Shown: in pieces, positions 37,038-47,827 of the stretch
How positions within the stretch are numbered: position 1 is the stretch's first letter
How the letters are laid out: every line of letters begins with the position of its first letter
Source: a virus
Taxonomy: Duplodnaviria; Caudoviricetes
Length of the DNA stretch: 64,000 bases
Direction: 5' to 3' (one strand)
IMG/VR virus record: IMGVR_UViG_3300028797_000100
Span: 64,001 to 128,000 of that record
Made by a program: the position numbers and the translations under genes
The notes under the pieces: model-generated
Told to the model about the DNA's origin: nothing
Databases searched by the model: none
The model's input: only the letters and a program-made list of their open reading frames with translations

Positions 37038-38765
37038 ATGAATATTACTAATGAGATTTTATTTGCTATAGATAATATATACGAGGAGCAGTACAGAGCA
37101 AACAGTAATGTTGCTGAATCATTGTTGAGTGTATATGACAAACAGCAAATGATTCTTGAAAGTTGTGAAGATATGATGGATCTTCCAGATATACCCATCA
37201 TGGAAGCTGATTATACATTCATGGCTGCAGACCTTGGTCAGAAAGAAAAGAAGTCAAATATCTTCCAGACTATATGGAATGCTATTAAGAATTTCTTCAA
37301 GATGTTAGCTGACAAGGTTAAATCGTTGATTGATAGAATTACTTCCAAAGGTGAGACTCCTGGGGGATATCAATCATGTAACAGTGTACTGTTGAAACTT
37401 TTATCCAAGTCCAAAGCTAACATACCTGATGATATTGATAGCTACAAAATTCCTACAGTAAACCCAAAGTATCTTCATAAAGACTTCGTTGAGGAATCGT
37501 ATATTGAAGAATATCATGACGTAATGACTGAAGATGACTTCATCATGGAATCTGGAGATACAACAAAATATATTACAGTACAAATTCCTGTTGGTAACGG
37601 TTCAACATTCTATCCAAAAACAATCAAAGTCCCTAACAATGATATTCTTGCCGTATTTGATAATGATGAAAAGTCTATCACATTCCATGTATCCGGTTTT
37701 GGTAAATGGACTGATATCAGTATCAACAGAACTGGTGATACTACTGGTTCTTCTGAAATCACTGGTACAAAGAAACCATGGTTTGGTGATGCAAAAATAC
37801 CATTGTATCTGATAACAAATCGTGAAGCTCTTGACAAGCTCATTGAGTTGTCTAATCTTGCCACAGCAATTCTTATTGAGAAGAAAGAAAAGCACGTAAA
37901 GTTATTCAACCATAGAATCAAGGGTATCATCGATGATATCGAGAAGAATGCTAAGAAGATTAAGATGAACAAGTATGCTGTTTCATTGAAAGATCTCACA
38001 TATTTCCAGAAGGCTTTGAACAAGATCAATTATAAATTGGATCAGTATGCAAACATCAATACAGATGTATCATCTTTAGATAAACATACTATAGAAAATC
38101 TTTCTTACTTAACAAGCAAGATGATTAGATACCAGATAGCATTCAATATGATTACATCATCTCTCAATGATAACTACATAGTGGATGCTAAATTCATTGG
38201 TTGTATTAGAAGCGTTGCTTTGCTTGACCAGTTTGTTGCAACATGTATAAAACAGGGTCTTCCTCCAAAATACATCGCATATAATACATGGCTTGTTGCT
38301 GATCAATGCATCAAGGGTTCAAAGAATGACTACAAACCTGTATGGGGTCAGACTAGATTCATCTTCTTCCCACCAGGAGGCCGTGTAGTTTATAAGATTG
38401 CCATGACAGGTTCTGGTATAACATCCAATAAAGCAGAAGATCGTACATCTGATCTGTTTGTTAAGATGGATAGAGTTGATCTGATTGCTCCTGTATGTAA
38501 GGTATGGCCTGCAAATGCAATTATTGCTATGGAGCGTGTAGACAATGAAGAGAAGCCGTCATATCCAGCATTGATGTCATATACAAAACGTGTCAATGAT
38601 GTTATTGAAGATTATGAAAGATCACACAATCTCCATCTCAACATTGACATATCCGACCAGCATAAAGACAATATCAAGTATGATAAGAAATATGGTTGCT
38701 ATAGATCTATCGACTATGGTATTGCGAACAGAGTTTATCGTAAACCTGAAAAGAAAAAGAAGTAA
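37038..38765 (+). CDS. Probable virion protein with a C-terminal protein-kinase-like domain
   Basis: WGQTRF, VVYKIA, SNKAE, IAMERV, SDQHKDNI, SIDYG. Paralog of 54650-56266. Confidence 0.65.
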   Translation: MNITNEILFAIDNIYEEQYRANSNVAESLLSVYDKQQMILESCEDMMDLPDIPIMEADYTFMAADLGQKEKKSNIFQTIWNAIKNFFKMLADKVKSLIDRITSKGETPGGYQSCNSVLLKLLSKSKANIPDDIDSYKIPTVNPKYLHKDFVEESYIEEYHDVMTEDDFIMESGDTTKYITVQIPVGNGSTFYPKTIKVPNNDILAVFDNDEKSITFHVSGFGKWTDISINRTGDTTGSSEITGTKKPWFGDAKIPLYLITNREALDKLIELSNLATAILIEKKEKHVKLFNHRIKGIIDDIEKNAKKIKMNKYAVSLKDLTYFQKALNKINYKLDQYANINTDVSSLDKHTIENLSYLTSKMIRYQIAFNMITSSLNDNYIVDAKFIGCIRSVALLDQFVATCIKQGLPPKYIAYNTWLVADQCIKGSKNDYKPVWGQTRFIFFPPGGRVVYKIAMTGSGITSNKAEDRTSDLFVKMDRVDLIAPVCKVWPANAIIAMERVDNEEKPSYPALMSYTKRVNDVIEDYERSHNLHLNIDISDQHKDNIKYDKKYGCYRSIDYGIANRVYRKPEKKKK

Positions 38766-38843
38766 TTATATGGGGGCTATATGCCCCCATATTTTTATTA
38801 TCTAAATATATATTATTATTACGGAGAACAAAGGAAATAATAT

Positions 38844-38918
38844 TGGGGCATAGCCAAGTGGTAAGGCACAGGACTTTGACTCCTGCACCCGTGGGTTCAA
38901 ATCCCGCTGCCCCAACCA
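38844..38918 (+). tRNA. tRNA-Gln(TTG)
   Basis: TGGGGCA/TGCCCCA, CAGGA-CT-TTG-AC-TCCTG, CCA. An early-type motif lies upstream (38804-38823). Confidence 0.95.
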
Positions 38919-39105
38919 TAGGGTTTGTCATATGGCAAGCCCATCATTTTCTTTTACATCCTATGGGGCGTAAGAGCCCCACATTATATCATTTCATTTT
39001 ATACAGCTATTCCGATCACCCGCTGTATCTGGGAGTTGTGGCAACTCCCTTCCCTTTTAAAATAATTCAATTTATATAGATATTTCATATGAAGGAGATG
39101 GTTAT

Positions 39106-39480
39106 ATGACACTTATGGAGTGTGCTAGCAAGGTCTGTTATCTATTGGGAATTGATGGCAATGATATCAACGAGATATACTTTGTTGAAAGGAAGGTCAT
39201 CAAAAAAGAAAATAGAATAAAAGGTGTTGTGATACGTACAACATTTCTAATTATAATTGTACCAGATCTAAATAACATGGAATACATTCTTCAGTATGAT
39301 TCAGAACAGACTGAGGATGATATAATCCATGACCTCGTTGACGTACATCAATTCGCACAACGAGACGTAGCACGAATTCTCCGATATTGTCAAGGTACGA
39401 TATCGAGAAAAATACATAAAAAGGAAGTAAAAGAAGATGAAAAAGGAGGAATTGATCTGCAAGATCAAAACATGCATTGA
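39106..39480 (+). CDS. Hypothetical protein with a C-terminal helix-turn-helix
   Basis: FAQRDVARILRYCQGTISRKI. Confidence 0.6.
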   Translation: MTLMECASKVCYLLGIDGNDINEIYFVERKVIKKENRIKGVVIRTTFLIIIVPDLNNMEYILQYDSEQTEDDIIHDLVDVHQFAQRDVARILRYCQGTISRKIHKKEVKEDEKGGIDLQDQNMH

Positions 39481-39967
39481 TGAAAATATCGATGCACAAA
39501 AAGCATACCGCGAGAAACACATAAAGAAAGCGGTGAATGAATTAAGCAAGTCGGTTGGAACAATCGATTCATGCTTAGTCATCAAGGACGTACTGGATGA
39601 CGAAAACACTTTAAGAAAAACACTAAATGATCGACATCATTGGGTAATGTCTATCGAGACAATTGTGAACAATGTAGAGAACACATTGGACCAGTGCCTG
39701 TATGATATCGAGTATGAATTGATCACGGCATACAAGATACGTGTGGTAATCAATGATGCAATAGCTCTCCATCTTGAGCATGAGAAATCTGCTTCATATG
39801 AGGGAGGATGTACAACTCCCAATTGCAGATTATATTGGGGAATAGCTCATCTTGAAAGAGAGCCTGAACCAACAAAGATGACACGCTGCAATGCTGGAGA
39901 TCCGGCAGCAATATTGAAACTGATGGATGCGGTTGAGCATGCGGCATATCCACACAGATATCAATGA
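39437..39967 (+). CDS. Hypothetical protein
   Basis: 176-aa ORF followed by the terminator TACGGGGC-TTCAC-GCCCCGTA and a T run. Confidence 0.7.
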   Translation: MKKEELICKIKTCIDENIDAQKAYREKHIKKAVNELSKSVGTIDSCLVIKDVLDDENTLRKTLNDRHHWVMSIETIVNNVENTLDQCLYDIEYELITAYKIRVVINDAIALHLEHEKSASYEGGCTTPNCRLYWGIAHLEREPEPTKMTRCNAGDPAAILKLMDAVEHAAYPHRYQ

Positions 39968-40072
39968 AAAGATTACGGGGCTTCACGCCCCGTATTTTTT
40001 TTTTCATTTATTCACATATATTATTGGCTTGAACACAACAGAAGAAATATATTCTTGAAAGGAGTTGATATT

Positions 40073-40126
40073 ATGGGAGAAATATTCATCCCAAGCACTT
40101 CTGGTTCTGAAGTATTCTGCGGTTAA
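40073..40126 (+). CDS. Possible 17-aa leader peptide MGEIFIPSTSGSEVFCG
   Basis: Strong RBS GAAAGGAG with normal spacing. Enclosed by an inverted repeat (40028-40045/40177-40193). Confidence 0.4.
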   Translation: MGEIFIPSTSGSEVFCG

Positions 40127-40214
40127 CCCTATAAATCGCAGTTTTGATTGATATCACACGCAACAAACCCTAATCATCTTCTGTTGTGTCAAGTTATATA
40201 GGAGGTATAAATAA

Positions 40215-41000
40215 ATGAATAAAAATTATAAATCAGAAATTCTCATAAACTTTGAAGTTCCACCGATGTGGGATTATTGTCCCAATGAAGAAATGATGTA
40301 TATAGATAACATATTCAAACCACCAGTTATCTCATTACAGGGTTCAGACCAGTACTCGGTTCTACCAATGGGTCCAACTATGGTGAGAACGATGATGGGT
40401 TCGGTAACATTCTACAAGTGTGAACTTTTTACAAACGAACTTGAGATTGTTCCTGTAGGACCTAAGCGTATAGGTTATCTAGATCCATCAAATCCAAAGC
40501 CAAGTGAAGGGTTTGAATATCAACATTATGACGGTAGAATCAAACCGGGTAAAAAACTATTTGTTTCACCAGGATTCTTATCAAGGTATTGTCTCCCCAG
40601 CATCAGATATGATCTTGATTCGGGTGACTATAACAAGATTAAATCCGTGCTATATCCAAAACATAAGAGTGAAGCTGATCTAAACCATATATCTGAATTG
40701 TTATCTGGATATGCAAACTCACATGAGTTATACTATATCAGATTGGATGATATGATGTATGCCTTAGAATCTGTTATACAACCATCTCTTCCCGATCAGA
40801 CACTATTCTTCCCAGAAATGGGACAACGTCGTCCATTGATACATAAAGAGCAAGTTCGTCTACATGACTTTCCGGTTGTGTTTACGAGACAAGATGCTGA
40901 AGTAAGGCATGTTGATGTTACAACATACGGCGTGACTGTTAATGAGGACGATTATCTGTGGGCAGTATGTTTGTTCTCAGAATTATATGATATGGCTTAA
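40215..41000 (+). CDS. Hypothetical protein
   Basis: 261 aa, RBS GGAGG. Confidence 0.8.
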   Translation: MNKNYKSEILINFEVPPMWDYCPNEEMMYIDNIFKPPVISLQGSDQYSVLPMGPTMVRTMMGSVTFYKCELFTNELEIVPVGPKRIGYLDPSNPKPSEGFEYQHYDGRIKPGKKLFVSPGFLSRYCLPSIRYDLDSGDYNKIKSVLYPKHKSEADLNHISELLSGYANSHELYYIRLDDMMYALESVIQPSLPDQTLFFPEMGQRRPLIHKEQVRLHDFPVVFTRQDAEVRHVDVTTYGVTVNEDDYLWAVCLFSELYDMA

Positions 41001-41029
41001 TATAGAAAATTAACAAAGGAATGATTTGA

Positions 41030-42088
41030 ATGTATGCCTTCATAGGAGACCTCCACTTAGGAGTTAAATTACCACAGATGGATTTCTTGAAATCTTTAGA
41101 TAAATTTCTTGGTTTAATAAAAGAGCATAAAGAAGAATGTCATTGTATCTTCGTAGCAGGGGATTTATTCGATCACAAATTATCAGTAGAGGAAGCAAAG
41201 TTCGCTGCAATATTCTTGGTTAATCTTGTATACAATAACTGTGGTAGAGATGGTAGACAGCATGTACCTGTTCATTTCATTCATGGTACATATACACATG
41301 ACAATGAACAATATGAGATGTTTATGCCATTATTGGAAAGACTCAGTAATGCGGAAGTATTCTATACAAAGCATGCGTGTAAGATTACTTTACACAATGG
41401 AGTCAGAGTTCTGTATATGCCACAAGAATATCGTGGTAGCATAGATTATTCGCAAGCTTTCAAAGAAAAATATGACTTGATTGTTGGTCATGGTCCCATT
41501 TCATCCAATGTGAAGGCACCATGTAAATCTACACAATATGAGATACTTCATTCTGCAGAGCAATTAGGCGATATATCCAAGTTGTGTGTATTCGGTCATT
41601 ATCATGGTTATACCGACTTTGGTAATGATGTATACTACACAGGTCCATGGTTACGTTGGAAGTATGGTGAAGATGAACCGAGAGTATTCTTCTTTGCAAA
41701 TGATGACTTCGAAGTTGAAACAGTACCTAATGAATTTGCAATGGAATTTGTTACTGTGCATGTTACTTCATGTGAGGAACTTCGTAGTTGGTTATCCAAA
41801 GATATAACATCGCCACATAGATTCATCATTCATTGCAAGAATGATGAATTGAATGAATACCATGGTATTATGAATGCTTATAAGAATAATCAATTTGTAA
41901 AGTATCAGATTATGTCTGAGCATGTTGAAGCTAAAGATATAACTATAAATGCAGATACAGTGAAGCCAATGGTTGAACCTGTACCTGCATTGATAGAATA
42001 TGTCAAAGACAAGTATGATATTGATGTAACCGAGGAGGTTAAAGAATATGAATCAAGAATCAACAGAGACGGCAAACCAGAACAATGA
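41030..42088 (+). CDS. SbcD/Mre11-like metallophosphoesterase nuclease subunit
   Basis: FIGDLHLG, VAGDLFD, IHGTYTHD, VGHG, FGHYH. Confidence 0.85.
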   Translation: MYAFIGDLHLGVKLPQMDFLKSLDKFLGLIKEHKEECHCIFVAGDLFDHKLSVEEAKFAAIFLVNLVYNNCGRDGRQHVPVHFIHGTYTHDNEQYEMFMPLLERLSNAEVFYTKHACKITLHNGVRVLYMPQEYRGSIDYSQAFKEKYDLIVGHGPISSNVKAPCKSTQYEILHSAEQLGDISKLCVFGHYHGYTDFGNDVYYTGPWLRWKYGEDEPRVFFFANDDFEVETVPNEFAMEFVTVHVTSCEELRSWLSKDITSPHRFIIHCKNDELNEYHGIMNAYKNNQFVKYQIMSEHVEAKDITINADTVKPMVEPVPALIEYVKDKYDIDVTEEVKEYESRINRDGKPEQ

Positions 42089-42162
42089 GTTTCTGGAATT
42101 TCTCAGCAGTTTAGATCTGTTTGAGTATCATGAATATCTTGTGAAAGGGAGGATTTGAATTT

Positions 42163-42522
42163 ATGAAACCACGTATCATAAGACGTTTAGCGGGAGTGAC
42201 TGAAAAGACTCTGATGGATGGCTTTAATAAAACGAAACTCAATCATCGTGTTTTGTGTATCAGTAGCGTCATTGTAACACCCGTGGCTAAACTACCAAAA
42301 GTATTGAAAACCAGAAGTTCTGTATCATATGAAATTGATGATGACAATAATGATGATGAGGAGTTATATCTGACAGAAAATGATATTGAATTGCTACAGG
42401 AAGCGTTTGAAGAATGGACTTCACATAATAAGAAACATCCACAGAAGAAAGACTTTGGTCCTATAAAGGAATATCTTCAATACATAAAGGATCAAATGGT
42501 TCATTATAGAAAGGCTGATTAA
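42163..42522 (+). CDS. Hypothetical protein
   Basis: ORF with RBS AAGGGAGG. Confidence 0.7.
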   Translation: MKPRIIRRLAGVTEKTLMDGFNKTKLNHRVLCISSVIVTPVAKLPKVLKTRSSVSYEIDDDNNDDEELYLTENDIELLQEAFEEWTSHNKKHPQKKDFGPIKEYLQYIKDQMVHYRKAD

Positions 42523-42523
42523 T

Positions 42524-43066
42524 ATGGAAGCATATAGATTTGATGAAAAGATGTATGTTGTTGGTGATGCATACATCTTGCATAGATTTGTACATGTTGA
42601 TGGTAAGGAAACCTCAAGAGAAGATAAGATAATGGGTATATTGACGAAATACTCGCCATCTTTATTAACATTTATGACCATCAATGGTACAATAACATTT
42701 GAAGCTACTGTACATCCTGACTTTGAAACATATAATCCAAAAACAAGGATTGGTATACTTGGTAACAAGTTTGACATTGTAATGAGTGGCTTAAAAGCAA
42801 ATCTGGATGTAATAGAACAAACTTTCAAACCAGGTCTCGCTTATTATATAAAGACACCTGTTGATTGGATTAACAGACCAAACTTTTATGGTATATATGC
42901 AGGATATAATGAAAAGGATCTCTGGGAATGGCCTGAACTTAAGTTCATGTCTGAGAAAGGTGAGGTTCGCATACACTTTATAGATATTCTCAGAGGAGTA
43001 GTTACAGTATCCAAATTCGATAAACCATCAGAAACAATTACATTTGATGACATAGGAGGAAAATAA
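42524..43066 (+). CDS. Hypothetical protein
   Basis: ORF in the operon. Confidence 0.75.
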   Translation: MEAYRFDEKMYVVGDAYILHRFVHVDGKETSREDKIMGILTKYSPSLLTFMTINGTITFEATVHPDFETYNPKTRIGILGNKFDIVMSGLKANLDVIEQTFKPGLAYYIKTPVDWINRPNFYGIYAGYNEKDLWEWPELKFMSEKGEVRIHFIDILRGVVTVSKFDKPSETITFDDIGGK

Positions 43067-43067
43067 A

Positions 43068-43184
43068 ATGACCGAAGAAAATCAGAATGCATTGGTTGAT
43101 GAGTTACATGCTCTCAACTTGAACATTCAAGAACTTATAAAGGTTCTCAAGGATAATAAAGAACCAAGCAAAGGAGGAAAATGA
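43068..43184 (+). CDS. Small hypothetical protein (38 aa)
   Basis: Below the track cutoff. RBS TAGGAGG. Fills the gap between the flanking genes exactly. Confidence 0.6.
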   Translation: MTEENQNALVDELHALNLNIQELIKVLKDNKEPSKGGK

Positions 43185-43185
43185 T

Positions 43186-43854
43186 ATGAGTGAACCAATG
43201 TTATCACTTGATGAAGTACGTGTCATAATGACAAAGTGGATCAAACCATTCATAGACAAATGGGAGAACGATGGGGATTCGTGGAGATTTGAAAGTTTTC
43301 CCGGTGAGTTCTATTGGTTCTGGTCATGTAAATCCTCAAACATTAACACGGGTGTTGGAGCAAAGCTTATCTGTCAAGGTTCATGTATCGCAATATGGTC
43401 CATAAATGATAACAATACAAATATTCTGGTAAAGGAAGATAAGGTTGTTATCGATAACGAATACTCAAACTTTGAACATTTCAATCATGATGAGATGCAT
43501 GATCTTTATTTAGCACTCATGTATCATGATACTGGGGATGAAGCTGAAGAGATTATGAATAACAATCTTGACAAAGAATCAAACCCTACAGGCATCAACA
43601 TTGATAGTCATTTACCTGGCATCATAGTCAAACAAAAGTTTGATCTTAATTACTTCGAACTGTATAATGCGTACGCTGTATATGATCAAGCGGGTGTATG
43701 TGCACATGGTATACTCATATCAGCAAACGAGAATGTTCTCACATTCTGTACATATGGAATTCGTGGTAGTGGTCGTACCGATCTTATAATTGACATTGAC
43801 GAATATACTGAAGGTAAATTCACTATTAAACCATTGATAGTCGGTGAACAGTAA
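43186..43854 (+). CDS. Hypothetical protein
   Basis: ORF with RBS AAGGAGG. Confidence 0.75.
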   Translation: MSEPMLSLDEVRVIMTKWIKPFIDKWENDGDSWRFESFPGEFYWFWSCKSSNINTGVGAKLICQGSCIAIWSINDNNTNILVKEDKVVIDNEYSNFEHFNHDEMHDLYLALMYHDTGDEAEEIMNNNLDKESNPTGINIDSHLPGIIVKQKFDLNYFELYNAYAVYDQAGVCAHGILISANENVLTFCTYGIRGSGRTDLIIDIDEYTEGKFTIKPLIVGEQ

Positions 43855-43889
43855 TTTACCAAAATCACATAAGGAAAGGAAGATGTACT

Positions 43890-45317
43890 TTGGCTACTAA
43901 GAAAGCCTCGGCTCTTGAAGCTGATCTTCAGAATCTCGATATTATGACAGTATTATCTGGAGGAGGAACTTCGAAAGTATTTGAGAAGAATACTCTTGTT
44001 GACTACTGTTATCCCACTGGTATATCTGTTATAGATTACTACCTTGGATACATTGTTAACGTCAGAGATGAATCTGGTCAGATAATCAAACAGCGTGAAT
44101 GTATCGGTCTTCAGGCAGGTTCATTCAATGTACTTACTGGTGCAACACAGTCATTCAAGACCACACTTGGTATGCAGATGGTTGCTAACATAGCATATCA
44201 GTACAATGGCAATGTTGTACATATCGATGCTGAAAACCGACTATCTCTTCAGAGAGTTAAGACGCTTACTAAACTTCCTGAGTCATGGTTCGATGCAGAG
44301 TTCCCACGTTATGCAATCAAGAACGGTGCAATCGGTTATGATACTCTTCAGGAATACATCACTGAAATCTATGAGAACAAGATGAAGTATGTAAATGTAT
44401 TGAGTAAGGATACTGGCGAAGTAGATGATCACAATCGTCCTATCAAGCTTATGCCTCCTACAGTTGTATTCCTTGATTCGTTGTCAGATGTAATCGCCAA
44501 GGAATATGATATGCGTGATAAGAAGGAATGGGATAAGCAGAAAGAGATGCGTTCTAATACTGATGGTATGCAGAATGCCAAAACACTTAAGGGTGTTCTC
44601 AATGATATACTTCCTATGCTTAAGGAAGCAAACATCATCCTTATTACAATTGCTCATGAGAATGCAAACGTTGCTATGACTGCATTTGCAGGACCAAAGA
44701 AGCAGTTCCAGTATGGTAATAAGGATGTCAAGATCAGTGGTGGTAGAAGTGTTGAATACAATGCATCTGCACTTATGACATTCACTGGCGAGATCAAGGA
44801 TGATTCACGTTATCATGAAGAGTCTGATGGTTTTGAAGGTAACACCGTTCTGTTTGAACCTACCAAGGTATCAACAAATGAATCTGGTAATGCAAAGACT
44901 GGATTAAGTGCTCGTATCATTATCGATAAGAGACGTAACGGTGCAGATAATCTCAGAACTCTTGTTAAGTTCCTTGAAGATAAAGGACGTATCAAGGGTG
45001 ATAAGCGTGGTTATAAGGTTCTCAATGACAAGGGTGAAGAAATCTCTGAGAAGTTCTCTTGGAAGAATATATACACAGACTTCGAAAAGGACAAGGCTAC
45101 TTTCAGAACATTCATGATTGTTGCTAAGGAAGAACTTACAAAGCTCTTGGCTAAAGCACCTGATGTTGCTGGACAGATTGATCCCTTCAATGTTAACAAC
45201 ATTCTCAACAATCTCGGTGATGACAAGATTGAGAGTGGTACAACTGATACACTCATTTGCAGATCTATGCGTGTTCGCATGGAACTCGACGATGAGTATG
45301 AATACTATAGCGCATAA
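43890..45317 (+). CDS. RecA/UvsX-like recombinase
   Basis: PTGISVIDY, Walker A GATQSFKTT, HIDAEN, Walker B VVFLDSL, ISGGRSVEY. Confidence 0.85.
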   Translation: MATKKASALEADLQNLDIMTVLSGGGTSKVFEKNTLVDYCYPTGISVIDYYLGYIVNVRDESGQIIKQRECIGLQAGSFNVLTGATQSFKTTLGMQMVANIAYQYNGNVVHIDAENRLSLQRVKTLTKLPESWFDAEFPRYAIKNGAIGYDTLQEYITEIYENKMKYVNVLSKDTGEVDDHNRPIKLMPPTVVFLDSLSDVIAKEYDMRDKKEWDKQKEMRSNTDGMQNAKTLKGVLNDILPMLKEANIILITIAHENANVAMTAFAGPKKQFQYGNKDVKISGGRSVEYNASALMTFTGEIKDDSRYHEESDGFEGNTVLFEPTKVSTNESGNAKTGLSARIIIDKRRNGADNLRTLVKFLEDKGRIKGDKRGYKVLNDKGEEISEKFSWKNIYTDFEKDKATFRTFMIVAKEELTKLLAKAPDVAGQIDPFNVNNILNNLGDDKIESGTTDTLICRSMRVRMELDDEYEYYSA

Positions 45318-45321
45318 CAAA

Positions 45322-45360
45322 CAAAAAAAAAGAACCCCCGCAATGGGGGTTCTTTTTTAT
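45322..45360. terminator. Bidirectional terminator
   Basis: AAAAAAGAACCCCC-GCAAT-GGGGGTTCTTTTTT between convergent genes. Confidence 0.85.
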
Positions 45361-46388
45361 AGTCCTATGTTCTCCCAGTTTAACTCGTCATCAGCCTTCT
45401 CGTCAGTAACAACGATTTTGGAGGTTCCTTTTGCAAGATTATTAAGTAAAGTATTCTTACGAAGATCTTCTTTGGTGGGAGTATACTTCTCAACCAGTTC
45501 GTCTAATTTGTCACATATTAAATTCTTATCACATGTTAAAGGATTCTCGCGATATTCTTTCATAACATCGATTATATCAATAACCAGTGTTCTTGGAAAA
45601 TCTCCTTCGATTATTTCTCTTACTGAGAACTTAACGAATGCTTCGCGTGACTCCTCGTCAAGAGACTCATCTAGAAGGATTTTCTTAGTACGTTCTACAG
45701 CCAGACCCATCATGGTAACATCTTCCACTGTTCGAATTTCTTGTTTCTGTGTCAGCAGAATTTCTTGTGACCGTAAGAACTGGAGACGTTTCTCAGCATC
45801 ATCAATACCGAACAGCTTTGTTGAAAGATCTTTCAGCCATTCAATATCAATGGCTTTGTTTCCGATCATATTATTGAGCTCAGTCATAGCATTGATTAAA
45901 GCACCTTTAGGATCATCAGCGGCCATGAAATCCTCATCTTGGATATATTGTCGAATGAATGATATGAATGTCAGCTTCAGTTCATTGTGCATCAGGGTTG
46001 TGAAAGCCCTACTTCCTAGCATACTACCGATACTGTCATAACCAGTGATTTTCATTTTGAACTGACGCAACCATTCGGATGCTTCATTCACCATATCTTG
46101 AGGGTTTCCTCCCTTTGGAATATACTTGGATATTACGCCGTAATATTCGTCAAAGTATTTTGTTAATGTTGTTTTGAGTTCTGGTTCAACGGTAATTTCG
46201 TTGATAACCTTTGTCTTTATTGAGTACTTGAAAGCCTCGAAAAAGGCCAATCGATGCATGCTGTCATGTTCAATTCTTAGTAAAGCATCATTTAAGCCGC
46301 TAATAAATACTTCATGTATTTTATCAATGCATGTAAGTATCTGTATATTCTTAATCTGTTCCTCATTCAGTTCATCTTTCATTCCCAT
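45357..46388 (-). CDS. Hypothetical protein
   Basis: Helical 343-aa ORF with RBS GAGGAGG. Confidence 0.8.
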   Translation of the reverse strand: MGMKDELNEEQIKNIQILTCIDKIHEVFISGLNDALLRIEHDSMHRLAFFEAFKYSIKTKVINEITVEPELKTTLTKYFDEYYGVISKYIPKGGNPQDMVNEASEWLRQFKMKITGYDSIGSMLGSRAFTTLMHNELKLTFISFIRQYIQDEDFMAADDPKGALINAMTELNNMIGNKAIDIEWLKDLSTKLFGIDDAEKRLQFLRSQEILLTQKQEIRTVEDVTMMGLAVERTKKILLDESLDEESREAFVKFSVREIIEGDFPRTLVIDIIDVMKEYRENPLTCDKNLICDKLDELVEKYTPTKEDLRKNTLLNNLAKGTSKIVVTDEKADDELNWENIGL

Positions 46389-46389
46389 A

Positions 46390-46869
46390 TTATTCGTCCT
46401 CCTCTTCGACAGTATCGTTTATCATATCCTCCATGGAATAATCGGCACGAAGAATGTACCAATTAACTCCGCAATTTCCTGACGGATGTACCCATCTTTT
46501 GGCATATTTAGCCGATGGTAAAACCGTCTCATACTCAAGTCCTCGGGTATCGCCATATGGAGGATATCCCCATTCCACACGGACAAGTATGTGTGGGGGT
46601 TTGTTAGTTTTTGGCTTGAACCATTTCAAGCCATTTTTCTCCCAGAACTTTCCTGGCATGATGTGGAGTTTTCCATCCACTATCATTGGGTTCAGTGGTC
46701 TTTCACTAAAGACTAAGTCTTTGTTCGAGTCATCTATCCAGAACAGTAAGTCCGGATCAGCTCCTCGCATCCTTGGGATAGCCCAATATGGTTCTCCTGT
46801 GAATTTACAGATACACGGATGTACCTTTCCTTTTTTGATCTCCGGCCATAAATCTTTGATTATATTCAT
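46390..46869 (-). CDS. Hypothetical protein
   Basis: 159 aa, RBS GAAAGGAG. An early-type motif lies upstream (46953-46972). Confidence 0.75.
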   Translation of the reverse strand: MNIIKDLWPEIKKGKVHPCICKFTGEPYWAIPRMRGADPDLLFWIDDSNKDLVFSERPLNPMIVDGKLHIMPGKFWEKNGLKWFKPKTNKPPHILVRVEWGYPPYGDTRGLEYETVLPSAKYAKRWVHPSGNCGVNWYILRADYSMEDMINDTVEEEDE

Positions 46870-47039
46870 AATGGCTCCTTTCCCTGGATTACTCCAGTGT
46901 CAATAAGTGAATAGTTTATAAAAAGGAAGCTATCGTTTTATTCTTCCTCTCTAAATAATAATATATATTTAGAAAACCAATATAATTTCGGGCCAGCATA
47001 GAAAATTTGGGGGCTTTTCGCCCCCAAAAATATCCATGC

Positions 47040-47762
47040 TTAATCTATGAAAGGATCATCAATGATAGTGGATTGCATAACTTCTTGGAAGAAGGGATTG
47101 AGATGCCCAGGATTGAATATATAATATCCCTCTTCGAAATGAGACTTATCTTCTTTAATTGTCTTTGAATAAGACTTCTGTGCACCGATGACTTTGTTTA
47201 ACTCAACAGGTTTAACTCTACCATCAAGCGCAGCAACATCAACTTGATTCGTATAAGGAATCCAGTATGTCTTATAGCCATGTATATGACCATGAACGTT
47301 AATATCATTATCGTTCTTAACTGGCATATGTGAGAATAATACATTATGCCAAACAAATGATTGTACAACATCTGTGAAACCACATGACTTGTAGAATGTT
47401 GCAGTGAATAAATCATTGTTTCCTCGAACAAGAATCTTCGTACCAGGTATTGTTTTAAGAATACTCTTGAGTTCATCTTTATCCTGGAACTCACCGTCAA
47501 CTAAGTCTCCAAGATATATGAGTATATCATCCTTAGTCATACTCTCATTTACGTTCTTGATTATCTCTTCAAAGTTCTTACACTTATGACATTCTGGTTT
47601 ACCTTTCTCTTTACGGACCCACAAATGCCAATCCGTTGCACAGTAAACTTTATGCCATCTTCTAAGACATTGATCTATCATTTTTGATAATCTACCAGAA
47701 TCTTTTTCTTCAGGTTCTTTTAAATCATCAACAAGTTTTTCTTCTTTTTCACGATTGTCCAT
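47040..47762 (-). CDS. Calcineurin-like metallophosphoesterase
   Basis: ATDWHL, YLGDL, RGNND, FSHMP, VHGHIH. Confidence 0.85.
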   Translation of the reverse strand: MDNREKEEKLVDDLKEPEEKDSGRLSKMIDQCLRRWHKVYCATDWHLWVRKEKGKPECHKCKNFEEIIKNVNESMTKDDILIYLGDLVDGEFQDKDELKSILKTIPGTKILVRGNNDLFTATFYKSCGFTDVVQSFVWHNVLFSHMPVKNDNDINVHGHIHGYKTYWIPYTNQVDVAALDGRVKPVELNKVIGAQKSYSKTIKEDKSHFEEGYYIFNPGHLNPFFQEVMQSTIIDDPFID

Positions 47763-47827
47763 TGTATCATCTCCTGTGAAAGTATTTTAATCAAGTGTGA
47801 AATAGAAAAGAAAAAGAATGGTGGATG

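Noticed and set aside
45118-46041. 307-aa plus-strand ORF
   Set aside because: Ser-rich antisense shadow of 45357-46388 that reads through a bidirectional terminator.
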